From positions 18,414,001 to 18,478,000 of the forward strand of contig NC_043022.1 in NCBI RefSeq assembly GCF_006345805.1: a stretch of 64,000 nucleotides of DNA, given 5' to 3'. The notes under the pieces are model-generated. The model worked only from the letters and a program-made list of their open reading frames with translations, was not told where the DNA came from and ran no database searches. How positions within the stretch are numbered: the first letter of the stretch is position 1; each line of letters starts with the position of its first letter. Shown piece after piece: positions 24,751 through 38,776 of the stretch. Position numbers and translations under genes: made by a program. The stretch is from Octopus sinensis (taxonomy: Eukaryota).

Positions 24751-27700
24751 CACTTCTCCCTCTCTTTTTCACCTCTCAATCTCCCTCTCTCTCTTCCTCC
24801 TCTCTCCTTTCTCTTCTCTCTTCTGTGTCTCACTCTCACGTCTCTGTCTCTCACCTCTCTGTCTCTCACCTCTCACTGACTCTCTCTCACTCTTTTTCAT
24901 CTTTCTCTCTCTCTCTCACTGACTCTCTCTCACTCTTTTTCATCTTTCTCTCTCTCTCTCTCTCTCTTACACACTTCTCCTTCTCTTTTTCACCTCTCAA
25001 TCTCTCCCTTCTGTCTCTCACCTCTCACTGACTCTCTCTCACTCTTTTTCTCCTTTCTCTCTCTCTCTCTCCTCTTTTTCTCTCCTATGTCTCACTCTCA
25101 CTTCTCTTCATTTCTCACCTCTCACTGTCCCTCTATCTCTCTCCCTTTCTCTCTCTCTCCCCTCTACCTCATCTCCCTTCCACAACCTCCCTGCTGTCTT
25201 TTATGTTAAGAATATATTTTTGTTCTTCTACTAGGGTCACCTCAGATCAAACAGCTCTATGACACAGAGACATTCTGGCCATGACCACCCCTTGTTTATT
25301 TTAGTTTTAGACAGCATATCTGGGATCACATTAACTAACGTGTCCTTTTTTTTGAAGATGACAAGATGTCCTTCAAAGAGAGATTTTGACATTTATGATT
25401 TCTAGCAGACCACATCACCATATACACCCGCCACCATCACCACCACCACCACCCCACACACACAACTCTTGTCTCAGTGTGTTGATGATGTCTAGCTTCA
25501 TTCATGTCAGTCTTCACAGAACAAATCTATGCTGAAAGACAATCCAACTGTGACCATCTCTGTTTTTATTTCTTTTTGTATAATGGTAGGGTGGGAATTT
25601 AAGGGAGATTCCCTCCATGTGTCACCTGACCAGTCAGACTTGGCCATCCAATCACCATCTTCTGTCATCCTTTCCACCATATGACCACCCACATTCAACC
25701 ATCTTCAATATCATGAACATTACATGCACACCACCCTGACAACCCTACCATCCACACACTTCCTTCTCCTAGCCATCTGCCCCCTTCCCCATATAACCCC
25801 AAGTCCCACCTTGCCATCTCTACAACCACCCCTACACTTACCCCATCCTGCCATCTCTAAAACCCACCCTACCCTCCATGCACCCCTTGCATCCACTCGA
25901 CCACCAATTCCTCCATATACCTCGCTGCAACCACCTGACCATCCCTACACACCGCCCTGCCCTCCATACACCACTTACATCCACCCAACCACCCACACTC
26001 ACCGCGCCCTGCCATTTCTACAGCCACCCCATAACACTCTGCTCTGCCACTCTACCAAAAACCCTACAACCATTCCACAACCACCCTGCTCAGCCATTTT
26101 CTACAGCCACCCCCTACCACATCTGCCACCCCTACCCCTACCCATTCATCAATTCGATATTACTTCTTTGATCATCTGATCTAAACTGATTGTTTTTACT
26201 GCAAAAAAAAATCAAAAAAAATGTCTATTGATTTAGTGGTATTTGTTTAGACTGGCTTATATGATGGGGTGGGTTGGGGGTGGTGAAAGGGGAGGTTGTG
26301 GTGAGGTTTAAGTTGATGGTGGCACCAGTGGTAGTGGTGGTGGTATGTATGTGTGTGTGTGTGGTTGTTGCTGTGATTGTTGTTGTGATTGTTGAGTCTC
26401 TTGTGTCTGTTTTGTGTCAGTAAGTGGAATCTCCAAATCAGATGATAATTATGTGTGTGTGTGTGTATGTTTTTAATATATGCGGGGTGTGCATATACAC
26501 CCATGTATATTAAACATAACAGCTCATATATATATATGAGTAGTTAGCTCAAATATATGGATGTGTGTATTTATGTATAAAATAGTTGTTCCATTAAATA
26601 TATGAGTGGACATATACTTTTGTACATTTCTGTCTATCTACTTAACTATCTACCAATCTTAATATTGGAAGTTGGAAAATATATTGGCATTATTTATTTG
26701 CCATTACACATGTTTCATTAACCTACCTATATAGCATATACTCTTTTACTCTTTTACTTGTTTCAGTCTTTTGACTGAGGCCATGCTGGAGCACCGCCTT
26801 TAGTCGAGCAAATCGACCCCGGGACTTATTCTTTGTAAGCCCAGTACTTATTCTATCGGTCTCTTTTGCCGAACCGCTAAGTAACGAGGACGTAAACACA
26901 CTAGCATCGGTTGTCAAGCAATGCTAGGGGGACAAACACAGACAAACAAACAAACACACACACATACACACATATATATATAAATATATATACATACGAC
27001 AGGCTTCTTTCAGTTTCTGTCTACCAAATCCACTCACAAGGCATTGGTCAGCCCGGGGCTATAGCAGAAGACACTTGCCCAAGATGCCACGCAGTGGGAC
27101 TGAACCTGGAACCATGTGGTTGGTTAGCAAGCTACTTACCACACAGCTACTCCTGCGCATATATATAAGTATTTTATACATAAATACACACAGGCACAGG
27201 AGTGGCTGTGGTTAGTAGCTTGCTTACTAACCACATGGTTCTAGGTTCAGTCCCACTGTGTGGCACCTTGGACAAGTGTCTCCTACTATAGCCTTGGGCC
27301 AACCAAAGCCTTGTGAGTGGATTTGGTAGATGGAAACTGAAAGAAGCTCGTCGTATATATATGTGTGTGTGTATAAGTTTGTGTGTCTGTGTTTGTCCCC
27401 CCAACATCGCTTGACAACCGATGCTGGTGTGTTTACGTCTCTGTAACTTAGCGGTTCAGCCAAAGAGACTGCTAGAATAAGTACTAGGCTTACAAAGAAT
27501 TAGTCCTGGGGTCAATTTGTTCGACTAAAGGTGGTGCTCCAGCATGGCCACAGTCAAATGACTGAAACAAAAGAGTAAAAGAGTGCGTATATATATATAT
27601 AAATCAAAAATAAGGGTGAAAAAATTGGATATTAATTCAATAATACCATCAATTTAACACCAAGTGGCTTAGCGCATAAAAACCAGGGATACAATAAAAA

Positions 27701-28285
27701 TTTATACACAAATATAAGAGAGTGACCACTATATGGTCGACTCTTGCGCTAAAAATAGATCCGCTATGGTATTAGCCACTAAAAAATTGTTTCCAAGGAG
27801 AATCAGCATAACATTTAGTGGCTAATACCATAGCGGATCTATTTTTAGTGCAAGAGTCAACCATATAGTGGTCACTCTCTTATATTTGTGTATATATATA
27901 TATATTTATAAATGTGTGTGTCTGCTGGTGCCAAGTAAAAAGCCCCCAATCCTCTCTGTAAATTGGTTGAAGGGCATCCAGTTGTAAAAACCATACCAAA
28001 ACAAACAGTGGATCTTTGCTCAATCCCCTGGCTTGCCAACTCCTGTCAAAACGTCCAACCCATCCATGCCAGTATGGAAGACGGACATTAAATGACAATG
28101 ATGATAAATGACCTATTTGCGTCAGTTTGTCCCCTGTAACAATGGTTTGGCAAAAAGACACCAAGAGATTACGTGCCAGACTTAGGATTAAGTACCGGGG
28201 GTGGTGGATTTGTTCAACTGAACCGATTCAAAAATAGAGTTCCACCATGGCCGCAGTCTAGTGACCGAAACCAGGAAAACAAAGA

Positions 28286-28742
28286 TCTCTCTCTATATAA
28301 ACGGCAGTTTGTCTGTCTCTGTGTCTGTCAGGTTGTACCCTCACCCTGACCACGGTTTTCAACCGATTCTGATGAAACTTGACACACACATAGACCAATG
28401 TCATAATTCAAAACTAACGCAGCGAAAATTTTGAAAATTTCCCCCAGTTCTGAAAAAATCGATAAATTCGACATGGGGTCGAGAATCTAAGCTTTTTATA
28501 TGCAACATATTTTCTGGGCTGTACGTGGGCTGTTCACGCGTTGGGAGGCACAATGATGTTTTCATGTTTTCGCCCAAAGGGACAGCTAGGAACATCGTGT
28601 ACACAGAAGTATTCGAGTGAAGAGAAGACATTGCAACCTACACATGCGCCTTCGTTCCCTAGAGGGAAAGGACTAGATTGGGATTAGTCGTTGCCTACTA
28701 GGGGCTCTTACATACCCGGGCAACGCCAGGCTATGCTGCTAG
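28286..28742 (+). mobile_element. Non-autonomous Helitron
   Basis: 5' A|TC start, 3' GC-rich imperfect hairpin CCCGGGCAACGCCAGG followed by CTAG|T, and no TSD. Confidence 0.75.
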
Positions 28743-31382
28743 TAAGAGATAAAAAGTAACTTTTTGTTCATTCATTTCACGTCACTGCTTTTCCATTGCC
28801 ATTTCCAGAAAAGGAAAATTTTAACAAACATGGACTTCAAATCTACATCTGTTTTTTATCTGACACTCTTCATTTTTTTTTATTAATCTTCTTTCTTCTT
28901 TTCCTTTTCTTCCCTGTCTCTCCTGGGTTTTCCCTTTAGTAACTGAAGAAGAAATATCACCAAAAATATAGCTTCAACTTTTTCTGTTCATCTTTCTGTG
29001 TTCACCTGACAATATTAACTATGAACAATTATCTTGTACTTTAGTTATTTTTGTTTTTTTGTTCTATTTCGCACTGACACACATACAGTTATTCTAAAAT
29101 GGACTAATTTTCACATTTTATTCTTGTATTTTTATAATACTATGTATTACAACAACACAAATACATTCATGTTTTATAACAATCTTTAAGTAGTGGTACC
29201 ATTAACAAATAGCTAATGTGCTTTTGTGTGTGTGTGTGTGTATGTATGTGTTTGTTTATCTTGTGTGTATAGCATATATATAGTGTGTGTGTATATTATA
29301 TCTTGTGTACAAATAAATGTACAACTGCTACTGTTAAGTTTGGAGTTCCACATAGACTGTCTTAGTCCAGTCTAATTCTAGTATACAGGTTAAGCAGCTA
29401 CTGTCCTAATTGTCTTGTTACGAAATACAGGCACAGGAGTGGCTGTGTGGTAAGTAGCTGGCTTACCAACGACATGGTTCCGGGTTCAGTCCCACTGCAT
29501 GGCATCTTGGGCAAGTGTCTTCTACTATAGCCTCGGGTCAACCAAAGCCTTGTGAGTGGATTTGGTAGACGGAAACTGAAAGAAGCCCATCGTATATATG
29601 TATATAATTATGTATGTGTATATGTTTGTGTGTCTGTGTTTGTCCCCCTAGCATTGTTTGACAACCGATACTGGTGTGTTTACATCCCCGTAACTTATCG
29701 GTTCGGCAAAAGAGACCGATAGAATAAGTACTGGGCTTACAAAGAATAAGTCCTGAGATCGATTTGCTCGACGAAAGGCAGTGCTCCAGCATGGCCGCAG
29801 TCAAATGACTGAAACAAGTAAAAGAGTACACTTGTGTTTATCATAATTTCTCTCATATATATATTACTCTTTTTTTTTACTCTTTTATTTGTTTCAGTCA
29901 TGTGACTGTGGCCATGCTGGAGCACCGCATTTAGTTGAGCAAATCGACCCCAGGACTTATTCTTTGTAAGCCCAGTACTTATTCTATCGGTCTCTTTTGC
30001 TGAACCGCTAAGTAACGGGGACATAAACACACCAGCATCGGTTGTCAAGCAATGCTAGGCGGACAAACATAGACACACAAACACACACATGCATATATAT
30101 ATACGACGGGCTTCTTTCAGTTTCCGTCTACCAAATCCACTCACAAGGCTTTGGTCGGCTCATGGCTATAGTAGAAGACACTTGCCCAAGGTGCCACGCA
30201 GTGGGACTGAACCCGGAACCATGTGGTTGGTAAGCAAGCTACTTACCACACAGCCACTCCACATATATATTTATGTTTGTGTGTGTGTATTATAAATAAT
30301 CTTTAATAGCATCCCATGGACATGAGAGTGTAGTCACAAAGAAACACTTGTCATCTGGAAACATATGTAGCAATGCTTTCTTAATATATATTTTTTCACA
30401 AACGGTTATAATGATGATGAATTCTTATTCTTTAAGCTCTAACTCCTCCTGAAGCTACATCCCCTGCTGATTCAGACATTGTTGCAAGGAGCTCTCTCTT
30501 GGAATCTTTGGGTAAGAAAAATCAGCACCCAAAGACTAGCCACCTCTGCCCTTCATCTCCATCACAAATGCCACCACCACCCTTTACTTTGCTACTTAGC
30601 CCACTGACCACTCTCCAGTGTCATCATCCCTGATACCACCCACTTCCTGCTCTCGTTCTCCCTCTTCCTCTCCATCAATTTATTAACTTGGTACTTAGTG
30701 AAAACACTTTTGTTTCATTGCCTTTTTACGAATTGCAGTATACCCCTATTGGTGTGTTTACATCCCCATCACTTAGCGGTTCGGCAAAAGAATAAGTACT
30801 GGGCTTACAAAGAATAAGTCCCGGGGTCGATTTGCTCGACTAAAGGCGGTGCTCCAGCATGGCCGCAGTCAAATGACTGAAACAAGTAAAGAGAGTAGAT
30901 TGTCTTACTTGTTACGAAATATGAGAGATTATTATAAACACAAGTTCGTATCATTAGTTCTTACATGCATTTCACCATTTTGAGTGCTTGGAACCCTACA
31001 TTACATGTTCCAAGAGAATTTAGAGGCTTAAACAGAGTGGATCACCAGGGAACACTTTATTGCATTAGGTTACATTAGTCCTCTGTAATTTAATGCCATA
31101 AAGTGTTTCCTCATCATTTGTCCTGGTTAAACATCCATATGTTCTTGAAACATCCAACGTAAGATTCCAAGAGACCATAATTGTGAAATATATGCAGAAA
31201 CTAATAATGTAGGCGTAGGAGTGGCTGTGTGGTACGTAGCTTGCTTACCAACCACATGGTTCTGGGTTCAGTCCCACTGCGTGGCACCTTGAGCAAGTGT
31301 CTTCTACTATTGCCTCCGGTCGACCAAAGCCTTGTGAGTGGATTTGGTAGACAGAAACTGAAAGAAGCTTGTCGTATATATG

Positions 31383-31413
<31 letters not shown>

Positions 31414-31899
31414 ATATGTTTGTGTGTCTGTGTTTGTTCCCCAACATTGCTTGACAACCGATGCTGGTGTGTTTACGTCCCCGTAACTTATCGGTTCGGC
31501 AAAAGAGACCGATAGAATAAGCACTAGGCTTACAAAGAATAAGTCCTGAGGTCAATTTGCTCGACAAAAGGCAGTGCTCCAGCATGGCTGCAGTCAAATG
31601 ACTGAAACAAGTAGAAGAGTACACTTGTGCTTATCATAATTTCTCTCATACATATATATATTTCTTTTTTTTTTTTAATCTTTTACTTGTTTCAGTCATT
31701 TGACTGCGGCCATGCTGGGCACCGCATTTAGTCGAGCAAATTGACCCCAGGACTTATTCTTTGTAAGCCCAGTACTTATTCTATCGGTCTTCTTTGCCGA
31801 ACCGCTAAGTAACCGCATTGTAAACACACCAGTATCGGTTGTCAAGCAATGCTAGGGGGACAAACACAGACACACAAACACATATATATATATATATAG

Positions 31900-31930
<31 letters not shown>

Positions 31931-34900
31931 TATATACGACGGGCTTCTTTCAGTTTCCGTCTACCAAATCCACTCACAAGGCTTTGGTCGGCTCATGGCT
32001 ATAGTAGAAGACACTTGCCCAAGGTGCCACGCAGTGGGACTGAACCCGGAACCATGTGGTTGGTAAGCAAGCTACTTACCACACAGCCACTCCACATATA
32101 TATTTATGTTTGTGTGTGTGTATTATAAATAATCTTTAATAGCATCCCATGGACATGAGAGTGTAGTCACAAAGAAACACATGTCATCTCGAAACATATG
32201 TAGCAATGCTTTCTTAATATATATTTTTTCACAAACGGTTATAATGATGATGAATTCTTATTCTTTAAGCTCTAACTCCTCCTGAAGCCACATCCCCTGC
32301 TGATTCAGACATTGTCGCAAGGAGCTCTCTCTTGGAATCTTTGGGTAAGAAAAATCGGCACCCAAAGACTAGTTACCACTGCCCTTCATCTCCATCACAA
32401 ATGCTACCACCACCCTTTACTTTGCTACTAGCCCACTGACCACTCTCCAGTGTCATCATCCCTGATACCACCCACTTCCTGCTCTCGTTCTCCCTCTTCC
32501 TCTCCGTCACTTTATTAACTTGGTACTTAGTGAAAACGCTTTTGTTTCATTGCCTTTTTACGAATTGCAGTATACCCCTAACACTAAATTATTAATGTGT
32601 ACATGTTTGTATGTGTATCTGTTTGTGTGTGTGTGTGTGTGTGTGTGAAGGCCATCTTAATATTATACACCCCCCAGTTAAATCAATCAATGAACTTGGT
32701 CTATGGTATTTATTTATTTATTGACAGCAAGCTGCACTATACATAGATCAGAACAGGGCCCCTAGACCTCTGAGGCCCCCTGGCAATTCAATGTCATGTG
32801 CCCTGAAGTATGTATTTATTGACAACAAATCGCAGCATACATACATCAGAATTTGATGCCTAGACATGTGATGGCCCCTGACAAATCAATGCCTTGGGCC
32901 TTATAATATTTGTTGACAGCAAACTGCAGCATACATAGATCAAAATTGGACCCTTTGACCTCTGAGCAATTCAATACCTTGGGCCCTATAGTATTTATTC
33001 ATTGACAACCACAACTGGCACCTGTGCAGGTAGGACATAAAAGACACCTTTTGAGCGTGGTCATTGCCAGAATCACCTGACTGGCCCTCATGCCGGTGGC
33101 ACGTAAAAGCACTCACTACACTCTCAGAGGGGTTGGCGTTAGGAAGGGCACCCAGCTGTAGAAACTTTGCCAAATCAGATTGAGCCTGGTGCAGCCTCTG
33201 GCTCACCTGTCCTCAGTCAAACCATCCAACCCATGCCAGCATGGAAAGCAGATGTTAAACAATGATGATGATGATGAGTATAAAATTTGTTCCATGGTTT
33301 GAATCCCATCTAATAATTCTTGATGGAATATCAAATGGTTTTTCCAGGGATATAGGTTAAATAAATTTGGATTTCAATCCCAGGTGAACATTTCACCTGT
33401 CCCTGAGAGGGGGGTTAAGCTTCTGTTTTCATTGGATCATTAGGAATTCTGTTTATTTTTTTCTGTTCCTAATTAACACTATATGACTGATTTAACCCTT
33501 TCGTTACTGTATTTATTTTGAGATGCTCTGGGTTTCTTTCAATTACTTCAAATGTAACAAAGAATTTAGTAAAATAACTTAGTTAGCATTCAGCTAGTGT
33601 TATGAACATAAATTGTGACTAAGGTTTGGTGGAAGAATTTAATTCAAAACTTATCAAAACAAGACATTTGTACTCAGATCCAGAGTCGATTTCAGCCCGG
33701 TTGGTAACAAAAGGATTAAGAATTGTTTCTCTATTATATATTTTAACTTTTTCATTATCATATTTCTGTTGAGATGCTCTGTGTTTCTTTCAATTATTTT
33801 AGATATAACAAAGAATTTATCAAAATAACTTAGTTAGCATTAAGCTAATGTTAAGAACATAAATTGTGACTAAGGTTTGGTGGAAGATTTTCATTCAAAA
33901 CTTATGAAAACAAGACATTTGTACTTAGAGCCAGAGCCAGTTTCAGCCGGGTTAGTTAAGTTAAGTTAATTTAACTTAACGAAAGGGTTAGTAACGAAAG
34001 GGTTAAAACTGTTTCACTATTATATTTCTGTTGAAATACACTGTGTTTATTTCAATTAATTTTGAAAATAAAAAAAGATTTTAGTAAAATAACTTTGACA
34101 TTATTAAGCTGGTGCTTGGACCATAAATTAATTTGGAGTTTTGATGGAAGGTTTTTAGTTCACTTTAACCCTTTTACTACCATATTAATGCTGAAATACA
34201 CTGCCTTCATTTCAAGTAATTTTGAAAATAATGGCAAATTTAGTAAAATAACTTTGTCATTATCAAGCTGGTGTTTGGAACAAAGCAAAATTTTAATGGA
34301 AGATTTTCTTTTTTTTTTTAAATTTTAAATCACTTTCGCCGTTTTGTTACCATTTTTCTGTTGAAATGCATTGCTTTTGTTTCAATTAATTATCGAAATA
34401 ATGGAGAATTTTTATAAAATGATTTTGTCGTTATTGGACTGTTGTCGGGAACATAAATTAACAGCCCCCGAGACAAAGGACTTTACTTAACGTTGACAGC
34501 TAACAAACAGGATTTCACTCAACATATTAATTAATTACTCAGCAGGATTTCGCCTGATATGTGCGGAGTAACAGAATAGCAGGCCTGCCTCCTCTTTGCG
34601 TGTTTGCGACTCCATGAGGAAATCCACTTGACCAATTTTAATACCTGTTATTTAAACACACTCCAGAAGACACCTGTCTTCACTTTCATTTCCCTTGTAG
34701 CAAATAAATGACCACTTGAAGCCGTGAGTGATTGACTGTCACAGCTTGGAATAAAATTAAAATGGTGTGTGTGGATGTGTGTGTGAACGGAGCAAGTGTA
34801 TGAGAGGGAGAAAGAAAGAAAGAGAGAGAGAAAGAGAGTAACTGGTGGACATAAACAGCATGTGTACAGCTGCGTGAGCTGAATACAGAGAGAGAGAGAG

Positions 34901-34975
34901 AGTGTATGTGTCTGTGTGTGAAAAGTCAACTGTGACTAACCACACATCATTCATCACATTGTTGTTTAATATAGA

Positions 34976-35020
<45 letters not shown>

Positions 35021-35586
35021 GGCTGTGTGGTAAGTAGCTTGCTTACCAACCACATGGTTCCAGGTTCAGTCCCACTGCATGGCACCTTGAGCAAGTGTCT
35101 TCTACCATAGCCTCGGGCCGACCAAAGCCTTGTGAGTGGATTTGGTAGATGGAAACTGAAAGAAGCCTGTTGTATATAAGTTTGTGTGTCTGTGTTTGTC
35201 TCCCCCCACCGACACTTGACAACCGATGCTGGTTTGTTTACGTCCCCGTAAAAAGAGATCGATAGAATAAGTACTAGGCTTACAAAGAATAAGACCTGGA
35301 TCGATTTGCTCGACTAAAGGCGGTGCTCCAGCATGGCCACAGTCAAATGATTGAAACAAGTAAAAGAATAAATATATATGTGTGTGTGTGTATGTATATA
35401 TATATATATATATATATTGTGAAGTATATTTGTCACCTAAATGTGGTGGGGCCCATAGTGGATGATGCTACTGTTGTTTATAGCCCCAGGAAGACATCTC
35501 CTCCAGCTGGCTAACGATACACTGCCTCAGTCTGATTAGTATTTGCAAAGGGAAATCAACGTTCCCATCTCTAGCCTTACGTGACC

Positions 35587-35630
35587 CACACAGACCCAGG
35601 TTTCTAGTAGTAACCTGTCATCAGTGAGTG
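35587..35630 (-). ncRNA. Hammerhead-like motif, core intact but stem II weakened
   Basis: The minus strand reads CACTCA CTGATGA caggttactacta GAAA CC-TG-GG TC TGTGTG. GUC triplet present; stem I has one mismatch and stem II closes with C-A. Confidence 0.45.
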
Positions 35631-35825
35631 ATAATCACCAGCTAGCGATGACAAACTCATTCCAAACGCAAAATGCTATATGCTTTTTCCAGTGATAAAC
35701 TATAGCTGATCTCAAAAAAGGAAGAACAAACATTAATAAATCTCTGAGCGAGAAGTAAATAGCAGCAGCACAGAATTGTGAAGCATATTTGCCACCTAAA
35801 TGTGACAGGCCCATAGGGGATAATA

Positions 35826-35854
35826 TTTATTTATATATATATATATATATTATG

Positions 35855-35887
<33 letters not shown>

Positions 35888-35895
35888 TATGTATG

Positions 35896-35934
<39 letters not shown>

Positions 35935-36262
35935 GTATGTATATATTATATATATTATGTATGTATATATATATATATATATATATTATGTATGTATATA
36001 TATATATATATATATATTTTTTGTATGTATATATATATATATATATACTTTATGTATGTATATATATATATTTTATGTATGTGTATATATATTTTATGTA
36101 TGTATATATATATATATATATTTTGTGTATGTATAATATATATATATATACTTTATGTATGTATATATATATTTTATGTATGTGTATATATATTTTATGT
36201 ATGTATATATATTATATATATTTTGTATGTATATATATATATATATTATGTATGTATGTATA

Positions 36263-36306
<44 letters not shown>
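35826..36306. repeat. (TA)n/TATG compound microsatellite
   Basis: Direct inspection; one of dozens of TA/TG tracts in the window. Confidence 0.95.
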
Positions 36307-36310
<4 letters not shown>

Positions 36311-37434
36311 GAAGCAAGAGGGTGACTCAAGTACGAAGTGTTCGTGCGTTAGTATGAAACACTTGGCTGGTAAGGCTGATGATGGTGAGGCAGTGCCGGT
36401 AAGGCGAGGCTGGCAACGATCACACTCAAATGGTGCTTTTTCATGTGTCACTGGCACGGGAGCCAATCCGTGGCCCTGGCAACGATACTTGTTATCTGGA
36501 AATATGTGTGTGTGTGCATGTGGACATCTGTGTTTAAGTGTGAGTGTGTCTGTATTAATGCGTACCTGTATGTATGCATGTGCAAATAAGGTGGTAAGAA
36601 TGTATGTTGGCCCTTGAGGTACTCACCTGCTTCTGCTAAGTACCAATAAAAGTATATATATGTAATTAGGCATAGATGTCTATGTCTGTGTAATTAAGAA
36701 GCTCAATTTACAACCTTCAGGCAGGTTTCCTTTACTAAAGTTCCAGAATGACCAATAGATTGCGAGTAAATTCGATAAACACAGGTGTGTGTATGTGTAT
36801 CATTAGTTTGTTTTATCCCCTCCTCCACCACTTCACAACAGGTGTTTGTTATTTACATCCCCTTAACATAGTAGTTGATATGTATCAGACTTCAAAATAT
36901 GTATCAGACTTCAAAAAACAAACACAGGTACTAGATTTGATTTGTGCATATATATATATATTATGTATGTATATATGAATGTATGTGTGTGTGTGTGTTA
37001 AATAAAATACGATAACAAAGCCAAGGCATTGTGATATTTCTTGGACATTTATAAAGCCAAAGGTGACCTTAGAGCTAGCTGCAAGATCACTTTCTCTTTA
37101 TAAATGTCCTCAGAATATCAAATCACATTGGCCTTGTTACCTTATTTTATTTAACCTACCTTAGATTCCTCGCTCATGCTATTATTGAACCGGGAGCTTA
37201 ACAGTGGTCCTTCCATAGCACTTCCGTAGCCTCACCTGCCTTTTGGATCTTTTGGATACCAAAACCTTTCAGGCGCAGGAGTGGCTGTGTGGTAAGTAGC
37301 TTGCCAACCAACCACATGGTTCCGGGTTCAGTCCCACAGCATGGCATCTTGGGCAAGTGTCTTCTGCTATAGCCCCAGGCCGACCAATGCCTTGTGAATG
37401 GATTTGGTAGACAGAAACTGAAAGAAGCCTGTCG

Positions 37435-37465
<31 letters not shown>

Positions 37466-37988
37466 CTGTTTGTCCCCCTAGCATTGCTTGACAACCGATG
37501 CTGGTGTGTTTACGTCCCCGTCACTTAGCAGTTCGGCAAAAAGAGACTGATAGAATATATACTGGGCTTACAAAGAATAAGTCCCGGGGTCGATTTGCTC
37601 GACTAAAGGCGGTGCTCCAGCATGGCCGCAGTCAAATGACTGAAACAAGTAAAAGAGTATATATATATATATAATAATAATAATTGAGGGAATATTATGG
37701 TGTAATTTAATTGTTCATTTTGAATTGATAAAAGGTGGGTTTTTTCTAATTTATATATATATATATATATATATACTGCTCCAGCTTGGCCTTAGCCCAG
37801 ATAAATGAAAGTAACTAAAGACCTCAAGAACAGATTAAATCAAATGTTTGTTTGTGTGTGTAACTATTTATATTTAGAGCTAACATTTACATTTTATTTA
37901 TTTTTTTCTTTTTAGTTTCTTTGAATTTTAATATCAAAAGGTGAAACAGTTAGTTTAAAACTAATATATTTGTTATATAATATCAATA

Positions 37989-38065
<77 letters not shown>

Positions 38066-38776
38066 GAGTTTTATGCTACTCTGCTGCTCATGGCCTTTCA
38101 ATCTGGGCCAGAGCTGATCTGAGTAGACCTCCTATCAACTAACAATACAGCTGTGAAAACCACAGCCTCTGTCTCTGTGTGTGTGTGTTTATATATGTCG
38201 CTTTTACTCTTTTACTTGTTTCAGTCATTTGACTGTGGCCATGCTGGAGCACCACCTTTAGTCGAACAAATCGGCCCCAGGATTTATTCTTTGCAAGCCT
38301 AGTACTTATTCTTTTGCCAAACCACTAACTTACAGGGATGTAAACACACCACCATCGGTTGTCAAGCAATGTTAGGGGGAACATACACATACACACACAC
38401 ACACATATATATATATACGATGGGCTTCTTTCAGTTTCCGTCTACCAAATCCACTCACAAGGCTTGTTTGTTTGTTTATGTCCCAGTAACTTAGCAGTTT
38501 GGGACAATAAAGAAACTGATAGAATAAGTACCAGGGGTTGATTTATTCAACTAAAATTCTTGAAGGTGGTGCTCCAACATGGTCAGGACTTGGAGTGATT
38601 TTGTTTTCGAGATTTCTGTGTGGGTTGGGATACTTTACACTATGGTATATGTACATTTGTTGTTTTTCTTTTTAATATCAACGCTGCTCCCTTTTTTGCT
38701 TAACCCCCTTCGCTAAGAGTGGATAATGGACTTTTCTCTGAGTGACTTGGAGTAAAAGAAAAATTCTAATATAGAC

